From contig OU015567.1 in NCBI GenBank assembly GCA_907165135.1, positions 620,001 through 684,000 on the forward strand: 64,000 bases of DNA, in the 5' to 3' direction. The notes under the pieces are model-generated. The model had not been told where the DNA came from. It worked only from the letters and a program-made list of their open reading frames with translations, and searched no databases. This stretch comes from Oikopleura dioica (lineage: Eukaryota; Animalia; Chordata). Positions 1 to 9,275 of the stretch are shown one piece after another; positions within the stretch are counted from its first letter, which is position 1; each line of letters begins with the position of its first letter. Both the position numbers and the translations under genes were made by a program.

Positions 1-127
1 GAAGAATAATTTCTTCCAGAAGTTCTTTCAATTGAGTTTTATTTTTTCTAGGGCCAATTTTTATTTTTTTTTTCTAGAGCATCTGCTAGAATTCTGTGTT
101 TTCTCGAATAAAACTCAGTTTCAAGTT

Positions 128-421
128 ATGAGTACTCCCGGCGACTACAATTACGGGGCTGTGAATAATCAGTGGTCGCCAGGTTTTCAGGGGCACGAAA
201 GTTCACAGTGGGCTGCTCCAAGTACCAATTCTTCTTCTTACTCCGGACAACCTGGAAATCCGCAATATCTTCCTGGTGCCCCTGCAAGCTCATATCCAGG
301 ATATGTGATGAACCCTGGTGTTCATAACTTTGCACCAGTGAATGTTCCCGACAAAAACGAGCATGTTTTGCAAGATCTGCAAAAATTATTCAGGTTAATT
401 GGTTCAATTTTACATCTTTAA
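128..421 (+). CDS. Exon of an unidentified gene with a Gly/Pro/Ser/Gln/Tyr-rich low-complexity N-terminus; probably continues to ~970
   Basis: ORF MSTPGDYNYG...LQKLF followed by a GT donor-like site (CAG|GTTAAT). Downstream exons were not resolved. Confidence 0.35.
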   Translation: MSTPGDYNYGAVNNQWSPGFQGHESSQWAAPSTNSSSYSGQPGNPQYLPGAPASSYPGYVMNPGVHNFAPVNVPDKNEHVLQDLQKLFRLIGSILHL

Positions 422-1786
422 AAATCTGAATCGAAAATTCAATAGCTTGAACCATTAAAAGATCGCCAGCTAACGCCGATATTCACCTGCGAAAAGCAAT
501 CCTCCAACAATATATAGAAATCCTGACGAGCAAGAGAATAACTGTCAGACACGAAAGAACAAGAGGCGGGGGCGAAGCACAAACTACTGAGATCTACTAC
601 AAGCCGACCAAGATGCCATTGACCAGGCAGAATTTCGCTCGAGGCGATCCAAAATTTGTTATTTATTTCATCCACTCTATTCTTCCGGGTTAATAATTTT
701 ATAGAAAAATGAGTTTTTGAATTTTATTAAGGAAACCCAAAAGATGCAAGCTCTTGTAGATTCTCTGATAGCCGATTGTATCAGTATCCAGTTAAAACGG
801 CGTTGTGTGGGGTTAAATCTGGCTGGAATCAGTTCATGTCCCTTTCTGAAGAAGACAGAATGATAATGGAATGCGTAAGGCTTTGTAAAGAAAAATAAAA
901 TAAAAGCTGATGCGATTTTAGACCGGCTGGAATCAAAATCAACTCTGGGCAGGAATGGCATCAGTTCAAACTTTACGTGAGTTCAAACCGCCAAAATCAA
1001 TTTTTTGTCAACAAATAAATCAAATAACTGAGTTTTAGTGGATCAAGATTACACTTCGGGACTTGCTTGCAAAATTATCTGCAGAACTATAATATTTTTG
1101 CTTCTCTGTAGAGTTCTGTTCTATTTAATCACTAAGAAATAAATTTTAATATAGAAAATTTTCTTGTATATTTCAGAAAATATCACATTTGCCATGAATT
1201 GTTTGGATGAAGAAATCTGAACAGAAAGAATCTTCAGTAGGACAGCGAAAGTTTTCAGTAAGGTTTTTGCTGTGAATCATTGATATAAAAGCATTAATAA
1301 AAATTTCAAGTTCGCACGCGAAATCCTTTGATAAATGTGTGCTATTTTCTCGGAGACTTTTGGTAAAAGTATGAAACTCAGCTGTCTCGAGAATTATGAA
1401 CTCAATTCTTATTGTGTCGAAAGAGGCACCGCTAATCTCGCCGGAAACAGGTTGCATCGGAATAATTCCTGCATAGGACTCATGGCTCCTGCATTTTCCC
1501 CTCCAGTACCAGTAGATGTCATCCTTTGTGGCAAGCTGCATTTCTGCAGCGCATTTCAATAGTGACGAATCGAAATCTTCATGCTCCGAACTCGCGGATT
1601 TTTGAAACTGTTTTCTCGCTCTGTCAAGAAACATTTTTCTTGTAAACCTTTGAATGATTGTTCAACACGAATTTCTCTATCTTTGGAAACTTACGCTCCA
1701 TTTGAAGTTTTGTTAACCACAGAAATATCTAAAATGTCGATTCTCTTGGTGTTGACATCTTGTTTTATAATTCTTTTCGTTTATTT

Positions 1787-1823
1787 GTTTGAGCTTTCGG
1801 AATTAAATTCCATCTTCAGAAAC
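1787..1823 (-). ncRNA. Minimal type-I hammerhead ribozyme (copy in inverted pLTR arm)
   Basis: Exact reverse complement of 2128-2164. Confidence 0.75.
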
Positions 1824-2127
1824 TAAGTACAGTTAACATAAAATACTCAGAAAAGTAAGCTTACCATGTGAGTGGCAAGAGAGAAATTTAGCGCACTGAA
1901 GTTTTGACAAGAAAATTAGAAGGAGAAGAGTGATATCTAGATTCATTTGATGGGCATGTATTTCACAACAATAACGCCCATCAAATCAATTTTTATTGTT
2001 GTGAAATTCTCTAGATATCACTCTTCTCCTTCTAATTTTCTTGTCAAAACTTCAGTGCGCTAAATTTCTCTCTTGCCACTCACATGGTAAGCTTACTTTT
2101 CTGAGTATTTTATGTTAACTGTACTTA

Positions 2128-2164
2128 GTTTCTGAAGATGGAATTTAATTCCGAAAGCTCAAAC
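2128..2164 (+). ncRNA. Minimal type-I hammerhead ribozyme in the PLE pLTR
   Basis: GUUU-CUGAAGA-U-GGAAU(UUA)AUUCC-GAAA-GC-UC|AAAC. Stem I GUUU/AAAC, stem II GGAAU/AUUCC, palindromic AGCU stem III; predicted cleavage after C2160. Minimal HHRs in PLE pLTRs are established. Confidence 0.8.
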
Positions 2165-2192
2165 AAATAAACGAAAAGAATTATAAAACAAG

Positions 2193-4652
2193 ATGTCAAC
2201 ACCAAGAGATATAAATATGGAACCACGACATCGCCAAGAATATAAAATAATCAGAAAAGTCCAGCGTTATAGAGAACACATCAATTTTCTACAAAATTGC
2301 TTGGATCATCAAGTCCACCCCCGATTCACTTTTTTCAAGCCGCAAGTTTTGAAGCAAGTAAAATGGAGTAAAGCTGAGGTATCGAAAAGAAGATCACAAA
2401 TAACACGTGAAACAATTCAAAAAAACAACGTAATTATTGACCAACTTAATTCTGAACTAGAATTATTTTCTAAAACTAAACTTTCAAATTTATCACCGCT
2501 TAACCTTCATCGTCACCTATCGCATTTACGAAATGTAGCCTTTCATTCTCTGAAATTTCATCGAGCTCAACTAGATAAAAAACTTAAATCTCTGATCGCA
2601 CAAAAATCCCCACCACCTTTCGAAATCAAAATTATCAATGATACATCTGTTACTTTACCACCTGAAATTATCGATATTTTGAAATTCGGAGGCTCACGTA
2701 GTATCGGGGGAACTCCTCATGCTGAGAAAATTGGCGAAAAGTATGATTATTTAGCTACTAAAATTTTTAAATATTGCAATGATAAGAAGTTCGATCCACT
2801 CTTAACAGATGAAATTTTGACTAATATTAAAGTCTCTTTTCATTCTCTTCGGAAAGCGTTCCCAAATAACAATGACGCTCAAACTCTCAAAAAGTTTTTG
2901 AAAGAGAATCCAAGCATTCTCATCCTTCCGATCGATAAATCTGACAATCTTAAAATTGTCACATGTGAACAATATGAACAAAAACTTTCAGAACAACTTT
3001 TATCCGATAAATTTATAAAAATCTCGGATGATTTTTTAGAACGAGATTATAAACGTCTAAATTGCATTCTTGAAGATTTGAAACCTTTTGTTACATCGAC
3101 CTGTTTCAACAAGATCAAGCCTAATTATAACAGTCGCACATGTTTTGGTCTCTCCAAGGAACACAAAACAAACAAACCTTTAAGACTTATCATTTCTGGC
3201 ACGAACAGCCTTACAAGCAATACAGAAAAATTTTTTTTAAAACCGATTCTTTCTAAAATGCTTGGATTTTGTAAATTCAGCATAAAAAGTACCGAAGAAA
3301 TAAAAAACAAAATCTTAAAAATTCGACCTTTTTTTGATAAAAATAAACATACAGTTTTTTCGCTTGACGTTGTGTCAATGTATGATAACGTCGATATCAA
3401 TCAAGCGATTGAATTTATTGTCAATAAAATTTACCAAAATCCAAAATTTTATTTTGAAGGTTTTATTGAAAAACCAGAGCATTTTCCATCAAAAAGCACA
3501 ATTTTCGCACTTCTTAGAGGTGCTCTTCGTGATTTTACTGGTTTTTCTAGCCGTGTCGGCAATTTTAAACAAAATAAGGGTGTCAATATGGGAGGTAGCA
3601 TTTCCCCAATTGTTGCTAGTTTTTGCAGTCTTATTGAGAATAATATTGTTAGCTCACTGACAAAATCAGGCGAGTGTTTACTTTTTGCGAGATTCGTTGA
3701 CGACTGCATAATCGTTTGTGAGAAAAAATCAAAACTAAAAATTTTCAGTAAGTTGAACTCAGTCAATAAAAATTTCCAGTTCAAAATTGAAAATATGAAA
3801 AATAACTCGATCAATTTTCTTGACTCGACAATTTTCATTAATAAAGACAACTCGCTTATTTCAATGAAACATTACAAAAAACCAACAAAAAGTAATGTTT
3901 TAACAAATTTCTCTAAGTCAATTTGCCCAAAATCCCATAAAAATAATTGCATAATTGGATCCGTAAAAAGAATCATGCACGCATCTTCAGATAAAATTTT
4001 TCAAGAACCTGCGATTGAAAAGCTTAAAAAGAAGCTTAAAGGAAATTCATACCCGTCAAAATTAATTAATTCGAAAATAGATTTAGCTTTAAAAAATGAG
4101 AAAAGAAAAGAACAAGAATATGACGAGGAAATTTATCTGTCTTTGGATTATACATCGCATCAGTGCAATCTCATCCAAAAACAATTACTAGAAACAATCA
4201 GAAAATTTTTGCCAAAATTCCGGCTTAAAATATCCTGGAAATCAATTCGAATCTCTAATTTAATAAATCCTCGCCTCAAACCTTCTCAAAATCGCGATAA
4301 TCCAACCGCCTGCATTTATAAATTTACTTGTCCTTGTAATAATGGAATATATATTGGTGAAACACTTCGACCTGTTGTTAACCGTCTGAGAGAGCACAAT
4401 TTTCGATCAAGTAACTCTGAAATTTCTACTCACATCTACAGCTGTGAAATTTATCAATCGAAATTGAAAACTGAAAACAAATACAATCTCACGCCAAAGA
4501 AGAAACTTGATTTTCTTCTTTCTCATACTTCCATTCTTAAATCAAATCTTTTCGACTGTCACAAACGAAAGTATACTGAAGCTTTTTTCATCAACATTTT
4601 ACTTCCTAATCTTAACAAACAAAACAACCACCGAAAAATAAAATTCATTTGA
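2193..4652 (+). CDS. PLE polyprotein, 819 aa: reverse transcriptase + GIY-YIG endonuclease
   Basis: IDKS (DKG-like motif), SLDVVSMY, GVNMGGSISP, ARFVDD, then CIYKFTCPC...IYIGET...RLREH...H. Uninterrupted ORF. Confidence 0.95.
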   Translation: MSTPRDINMEPRHRQEYKIIRKVQRYREHINFLQNCLDHQVHPRFTFFKPQVLKQVKWSKAEVSKRRSQITRETIQKNNVIIDQLNSELELFSKTKLSNLSPLNLHRHLSHLRNVAFHSLKFHRAQLDKKLKSLIAQKSPPPFEIKIINDTSVTLPPEIIDILKFGGSRSIGGTPHAEKIGEKYDYLATKIFKYCNDKKFDPLLTDEILTNIKVSFHSLRKAFPNNNDAQTLKKFLKENPSILILPIDKSDNLKIVTCEQYEQKLSEQLLSDKFIKISDDFLERDYKRLNCILEDLKPFVTSTCFNKIKPNYNSRTCFGLSKEHKTNKPLRLIISGTNSLTSNTEKFFLKPILSKMLGFCKFSIKSTEEIKNKILKIRPFFDKNKHTVFSLDVVSMYDNVDINQAIEFIVNKIYQNPKFYFEGFIEKPEHFPSKSTIFALLRGALRDFTGFSSRVGNFKQNKGVNMGGSISPIVASFCSLIENNIVSSLTKSGECLLFARFVDDCIIVCEKKSKLKIFSKLNSVNKNFQFKIENMKNNSINFLDSTIFINKDNSLISMKHYKKPTKSNVLTNFSKSICPKSHKNNCIIGSVKRIMHASSDKIFQEPAIEKLKKKLKGNSYPSKLINSKIDLALKNEKRKEQEYDEEIYLSLDYTSHQCNLIQKQLLETIRKFLPKFRLKISWKSIRISNLINPRLKPSQNRDNPTACIYKFTCPCNNGIYIGETLRPVVNRLREHNFRSSNSEISTHIYSCEIYQSKLKTENKYNLTPKKKLDFLLSHTSILKSNLFDCHKRKYTEAFFINILLPNLNKQNNHRKIKFI

Positions 4653-4829
4653 TGGGCATGTATTTCACAACAATAACGCCCATCAAATCAATTTTTATTG
4701 TTGTGAAATTCTCTAGATATCACTCTTCTCCTTCTAATTTTCTTGTCAAAACTTCAGTGCGCTAAATTTCTCTCTTGCCACTCACATGGTAAGCTTACTT
4801 TTCTGAGTATTTTATGTTAACTGTACTTA

Positions 4830-4866
4830 GTTTCTGAAGATGGAATTTAATTCCGAAAGCTGAAAC
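4830..4866 (+). ncRNA. Hammerhead copy in the 3' pLTR with a C17G change (predicted non-cleaving)
   Basis: GAAAGCTGAAAC here versus GAAAGCTCAAAC in the other two copies. Confidence 0.65.
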
Positions 4867-6739
4867 AAATAAACGAAAAGAAAATGTCGATTGTGAAGAA
4901 ATCTTCAATATTTTCGTTGCTAATTGTTAATTGGTCCTTTCTCTTCATCACATCGAGTTCGGAATAAAAAAGAAGCTGTTTGAGGATAAAATTGATTATG
5001 ATTAAAAATTGTTAATTAAGATTATTATTTTCAACTCTCTCCCTGATTAAGTGAGTCATATTTGTAATACCGCCTTTCGCACATGTTTAAGCAAACTGAA
5101 TTCAAGGAGCATTAAAGGCAGTAGCTAATACTGTCTCTTACATGCAGTACCATTCAACAAATTCTTCAGTGTCAATCTATCTTCAGTGCCGTTGACGAAA
5201 TAGTTTCCAAGATTCATCGTGGCAGTCGAGTTGAGAATCGCAATATCAGTCAAAATTGACGAGTCCATATCTTCAACTTCTCTCTGATCGTCCAAAAACT
5301 TTTAAGCAGCATCGACATTTCGCTGCAGATGAAAAACAATTCCCAAAACGCATGCAACAAGCGCGCTGATGAAAATGTTTCCGAAAGAAATAAATTTTCC
5401 AATAAACAACAAAAAAATCAACATTTTCCTGAAAAGAAAGATCGCTAGAAAAACGTTTTTATACTCCCGGACTTTCATCTTTTTGAATAAAGAAAGTTGA
5501 GTTCTATCTTCTATCTTGTAGCGCAGCTTCAATGAACCTGTTTTATCAACCGTGAAATAATTAAAATCGATTTTGGTAAATAATTTTCAGTTTTTCGTGT
5601 TTTCGAGTCGAAAATATGCTTCGTATTTTTTTCTGATTGTAGGGTGACGTCTTCATATAAGATTCAAGAGCCGCTTGGGGTTTATCAATAAATATTTATC
5701 GCAGCGCTGGAGAGGTAGAATGATAAAGTTTTAAGTTGGCGAGGGGGAGTGCGCGTCTTCCGCATTTCGTAACTCCGAAACCGCTCACGTTTCCTTCTTT
5801 AGCTACGTCTTCGCCCTTTCGATCTGTCGAAATTGCTACTTTTCGAAAGAAAGCACGTTGGAATAAAATCTGTGTAAAAAGAAAAGCTCTGGAATCGTTA
5901 TTTTCTTACCGAAAGCAGCGGAGGAAATCGAACAGGGTATTCAATACCACCAAAGACTAATATTGAGCTCATCACTTCCTGACGCCGCTCCAACCTTTTG
6001 TCACCGCCTCAACTTTCAGAAAATATTAAACTGACAATATTCTTAAAAATTATTTATGGCTGACAAAACACGCTCATTCAAGCATAGCTTAAGTTGGAAC
6101 AAATCTATATAAACAAATTTAAATGATGATTTTTATAAAAATGAAGATTCGGGAGTATAAGGCTGTTTTTCTTGCGATTTTTGCCGTCAGGAAAATGTCT
6201 TAGTTGTTCATTGAAAAAAAGAGGAAAGAGATTGTTTCCCGAACATTTGAATCAGTGTACTTTTTGCATGCATCTTGGGCATTGTTTTTCATCTAAAGCG
6301 AATGAATGACGATGCTGCTGGAAAATTGTTGGATGAGAAAGCCTCTGAAAAAGGGCAACTAGTTGAAGATGTGGACTCATTTGCTTCGACTGACGTTCCG
6401 ATTCTTAACGCGACAATGAGGATGAATCTTGGAGATTTCTTCGTCAACGGCAGCGAAGACAGACTGACGATTGAGAGTTTGTTGGATGAGACTCCATGTA
6501 AGGACTTAAAATAGAAATTTCTCAAAGGCTCTGATTAAGTTTGCTTATTCATTTGCGGGGTAGATCATTTTCGGTTCACCTCTCTTTATCAGGAACAGTA
6601 TTCAAAATGATTTATATCTATAAATATTGATAAAATGCGCTCAAAGTATATCTTAAAAAACATCAGCGGTATCCATATTGGCTTTTCATCAAATGATGAT
6701 TTCGAATCAAGAATCGAAGATTTCTTCAAAATCGACATT

Positions 6740-6822
6740 GTTTCTTTTCGTTCATATTTACTTAAGTATCCTGATGAAGTTTATCCAATAAACGAAAACG
6801 TTTGATACAAATCATATGATCT
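6740..6822 (+). mobile_element. 83-bp hammerhead-containing mini-insertion with 9-bp TSD (probable truncated PLE of a second family)
   Basis: ATCGACATT at 6731-6739 and 6823-6831; absent from the paralogous copies near 24121 and 49651. Confidence 0.8.
6766..6808 (+). ncRNA. Minimal type-I hammerhead ribozyme
   Basis: GUAUC-CUGAUGA-A-GUUUAU(CCA)AUAAAC-GAAA-ACGU-UU|GAUAC. Stem I 5 bp, stem II 6 bp, palindromic AACGUU stem III. Confidence 0.8.
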
Positions 6823-7725
6823 ATCGACATTTATGATATTTCAGTCGTAGATAAAACTTCGCATGGGTCGTAAGTTTCAGCTAAAGATTTTGTCAAATCA
6901 TTATGAAATTTTTAAGGTTTTCACGAAAAATGATTTTTGACGCAGCAAAAGAAGAGTTTGAACAATCTCGACTTTCTGAGCACGAAGACTTTGATTCCTC
7001 CGTATACAAATGCGCAGCAGAATTGATTACTTCTCCTGGTGGTATTACCTGGTCGAAACAAAATTTAAACAAGTGCGGACATTTTCCTCGACTACCTTAT
7101 CAGGGCGAGATAAAAAATGCCTCCTTCGACACAGTTGAAATTCAGTATTCAATCGCCGAAAAAGCTGACTTTCACAATTTTACTCGGAGTCTCAAAGAAA
7201 ACGAAACTGTTTTGTCGCGGGATCTCGCATGCGATCTGTACTTTTTTAATGTCGGCTTAATATCGTTGATTCATGCCGAAAACCTTGCTGAAAATTTCAC
7301 CTGTCCCAGCGAAGACTCCTTCTGTTCAGATTTTTTCATTCAAACAATACATGATGAATGTATTGTAACGTGATGAATGTTGGTAACGAAAATAAACCGA
7401 ACAAGAAGCCGTGAATAAAATAAGTAAAAACTGAGATTTTTGTGCGTTTTCAAGTAATTTTGGCACCTTGGCCGGAATAAGAGCGTCTCACGGTGCTGAA
7501 ATGATATATCGCTGGTCGAATTTCAGAAGCTCTAATCCGCCAGCACCAGATCGTTACACGCAATTTCGCCTCACATGTGGAGCCGCCACGATAACGATTA
7601 CCATAGTAAGCTGAGAATGTTTCTCTCTCTAGAGAAAATCACTGGGTTAGAGGGTTTCTAGGGCACGTTTGTTTTTATTGATAATTTCTTGATTTTTTGA
7701 GAATTTATCTTTCTCAAAAACTTTT

Positions 7726-8244
7726 CCCCCCCTTCCCTGGCTTTAAATTTAATTTGGGCTTGACGGCCCGAAGGGCCGTTTCCCCTTCCCTGGCTTTAAA
7801 TTTAATTTGGGCTTGACGGCCCGAAGGGCCGTTTCCCTTCCCTGGCTTTAAATTTAATTTGGGCTTGACGGCCCGAAGGGCCGTTTCCCCTTCCTGGCTT
7901 TAAATTTAATTTGGGCTTGACGGCCCGAAGGGCCGTTTCCCCTTCCCTGGCTTTAAATTTAATTTGGGCTTGACGGCCCGAAGGGCCGTTTCCCTTCCCT
8001 GGCTTTAAATTTAATTTGGGCTTGACGGCCCGAAGGGCCGTTTCCCCTTCCCTGGCTTTAAATTTAATTTGGGCTTGACGGCCCGAAGGGCCGTTTCCCC
8101 TTCCCTGGCTTTAAATTTAATTTGGGCTTGACGGCCCGAAGGGCCGTTTCCCCCCCTTCCCTGGCTTTAAATTTAATTTGGGCTTGACGGCCCGAAGGGC
8201 CGTTTCCCCCCCTTCCCTGGCTTTAAATTTAATTTGGGCTTGAC
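7726..8244. repeat. Minisatellite, ~53-bp unit x 9 plus a partial unit, each full unit containing an ACGGCCC-GAA-GGGCCGT hairpin
   Basis: Unit CCCCTTCCCTGGCTTTAAATTTAATTTGGGCTTGACGGCCCGAAGGGCCGTTT; units differ only in C-run length. Confidence 0.95.
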
Positions 8245-8879
8245 AGAGGCAGGAAAGTCTAACCTTTCAAAATAGGTAAGTACAAGACTGAGTTGATCAA
8301 TCTCAGTTTTGTCCCCAACCCCACCCTCACCCATCATTTATTTAATTCAAATTATTCCTTTTTTAATCATTATTATGGTTCCTATTCAATTGAAGATCTT
8401 TTCGAATTTAAGATTTAACTCTTTCTAAGCAAATATCTTCAAGCAAAAGTCCTCCGGAGGACTTTCCCAAGGCTAAAATATCGTATTTCAACCTGGAAAA
8501 CCTTAAATATCTTACGATTCCCAACTCGGCAAAGAGTGATTGACACTTCTATCTGTAGATTAGAGTCTGTGCTATTATAATCAAGTAAGTTTTTCGCTTC
8601 AAGTTGAGGTTTACTGTACTAAATTCTTGATTGAAACTTATGGAAAGGTGAAATTTTTGCGGTTCTTGAACTTTGAACTGGGAATTTTTCAAGAAAATAC
8701 CGATGAAATTCAGTCATTGACCCCTATAAATGAAGCTCAGAGTCTATTCTTTAGGTTAAATAATCAAACGATCAAAAAATTTGACTACAGTAAAATTTTT
8801 CTTAATAAAAACAATGATAACCCAAAATTTCTCTCAAAAATCCTCAAAATTGCCTGTTAATTTTTTCTTGTTGGGTTTC

Positions 8880-9099
8880 AAGCTTCACTGTAATGGAATT
8901 AAATATGTTTTTCTTCGGACTTTTTGACGAAAAATGTCGAAAAAGTCCCAATTTTTCTAAAATTTTGGATTTTTATTGGTCAAAAAATGCTCCGAAAAAG
9001 TTTTTATGATGAATTGAACTTCCAGGCACGCTAAAAAGCCAAAATATGGCTGTTTTGAAATTTTCGATTTTTTGATGAAAATTGTTGACGGGGGGGTCC
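8880..9099. mobile_element. Right half of a TTAA-flanked GG..CC MITE
   Basis: Ends ...GACGGGGGGGTCC|TTAA like 55502; internal similarity to the reverse complement of 15190-15300. The paralogous site near 25680 is an empty TTAA. Left boundary is approximate. Confidence 0.55.
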
Positions 9100-9275
9100 T
9101 TAAAACAGAGAAGTTGACATTCAAAGGAGAACTAAACTGTCGAAGTGTCCGACAAGCAGTCGCGAGGAAACTCGTAAAAGAATGAATTCTCGAAGTTCTC
9201 TTGTGCAATTTTCATACAAGAGAAACCGAAACCTTTCAACGCAAAGTGCGCAATGTTATTTTTCTAGGAATAATA

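Larger units (their letters stand above)
1743..4880 (+). mobile_element. Full-length Penelope-like element (PLE) with inverted partial 5' pLTR, direct pLTRs and 12-bp TSD
   Basis: TSD AAAATGTCGATT at 1731-1742 and 4881-4892; single-copy empty sites at 20985-20996 and 38130-38141. 1742-1941 is the reverse complement of 2010-2209. 1941-~2180 is repeated directly at 4643-~4882. Confidence 0.95.
1173..5478 (-). pseudogene. Family-X gene, minus-strand member, copy A; unidentified type-II membrane protein, disrupted by the PLE
   Basis: Homologous to 20429-21589 and 37574-38734. The PLE is inserted in the exon encoding EDFFTIDI|LDISVV. Confidence 0.7.
6141..7373 (+). pseudogene. Family-X gene, plus-strand member, copy A; frameshifted by a 92-bp insertion
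   Basis: MKIREYKAVFLAIFAV|SVLFACILGIVF after removing a GA-AG intron at 6191-6255. The last exon (SEHEDFDSS...EDSFCSDFFIQTIH) is clearly paralogous to 1173-1634. Confidence 0.7.

Noticed and set aside
6191-6255. In-frame TAG/TGA suggesting a variant genetic code in family-X genes
   Set aside because: The stops fall inside a GA-AG intron conserved in both paralogs, and the ATPase uses the standard code.
7726-8244. CRISPR array (palindromic repeats)
   Set aside because: Units are directly adjacent with no unique spacers, no cas genes are present, and the context is eukaryotic.
8380-8860. LRR-like gene fragment (FNLENLKYLTIPNS)
   Set aside because: A single short motif with nearby stops is insufficient for a call.
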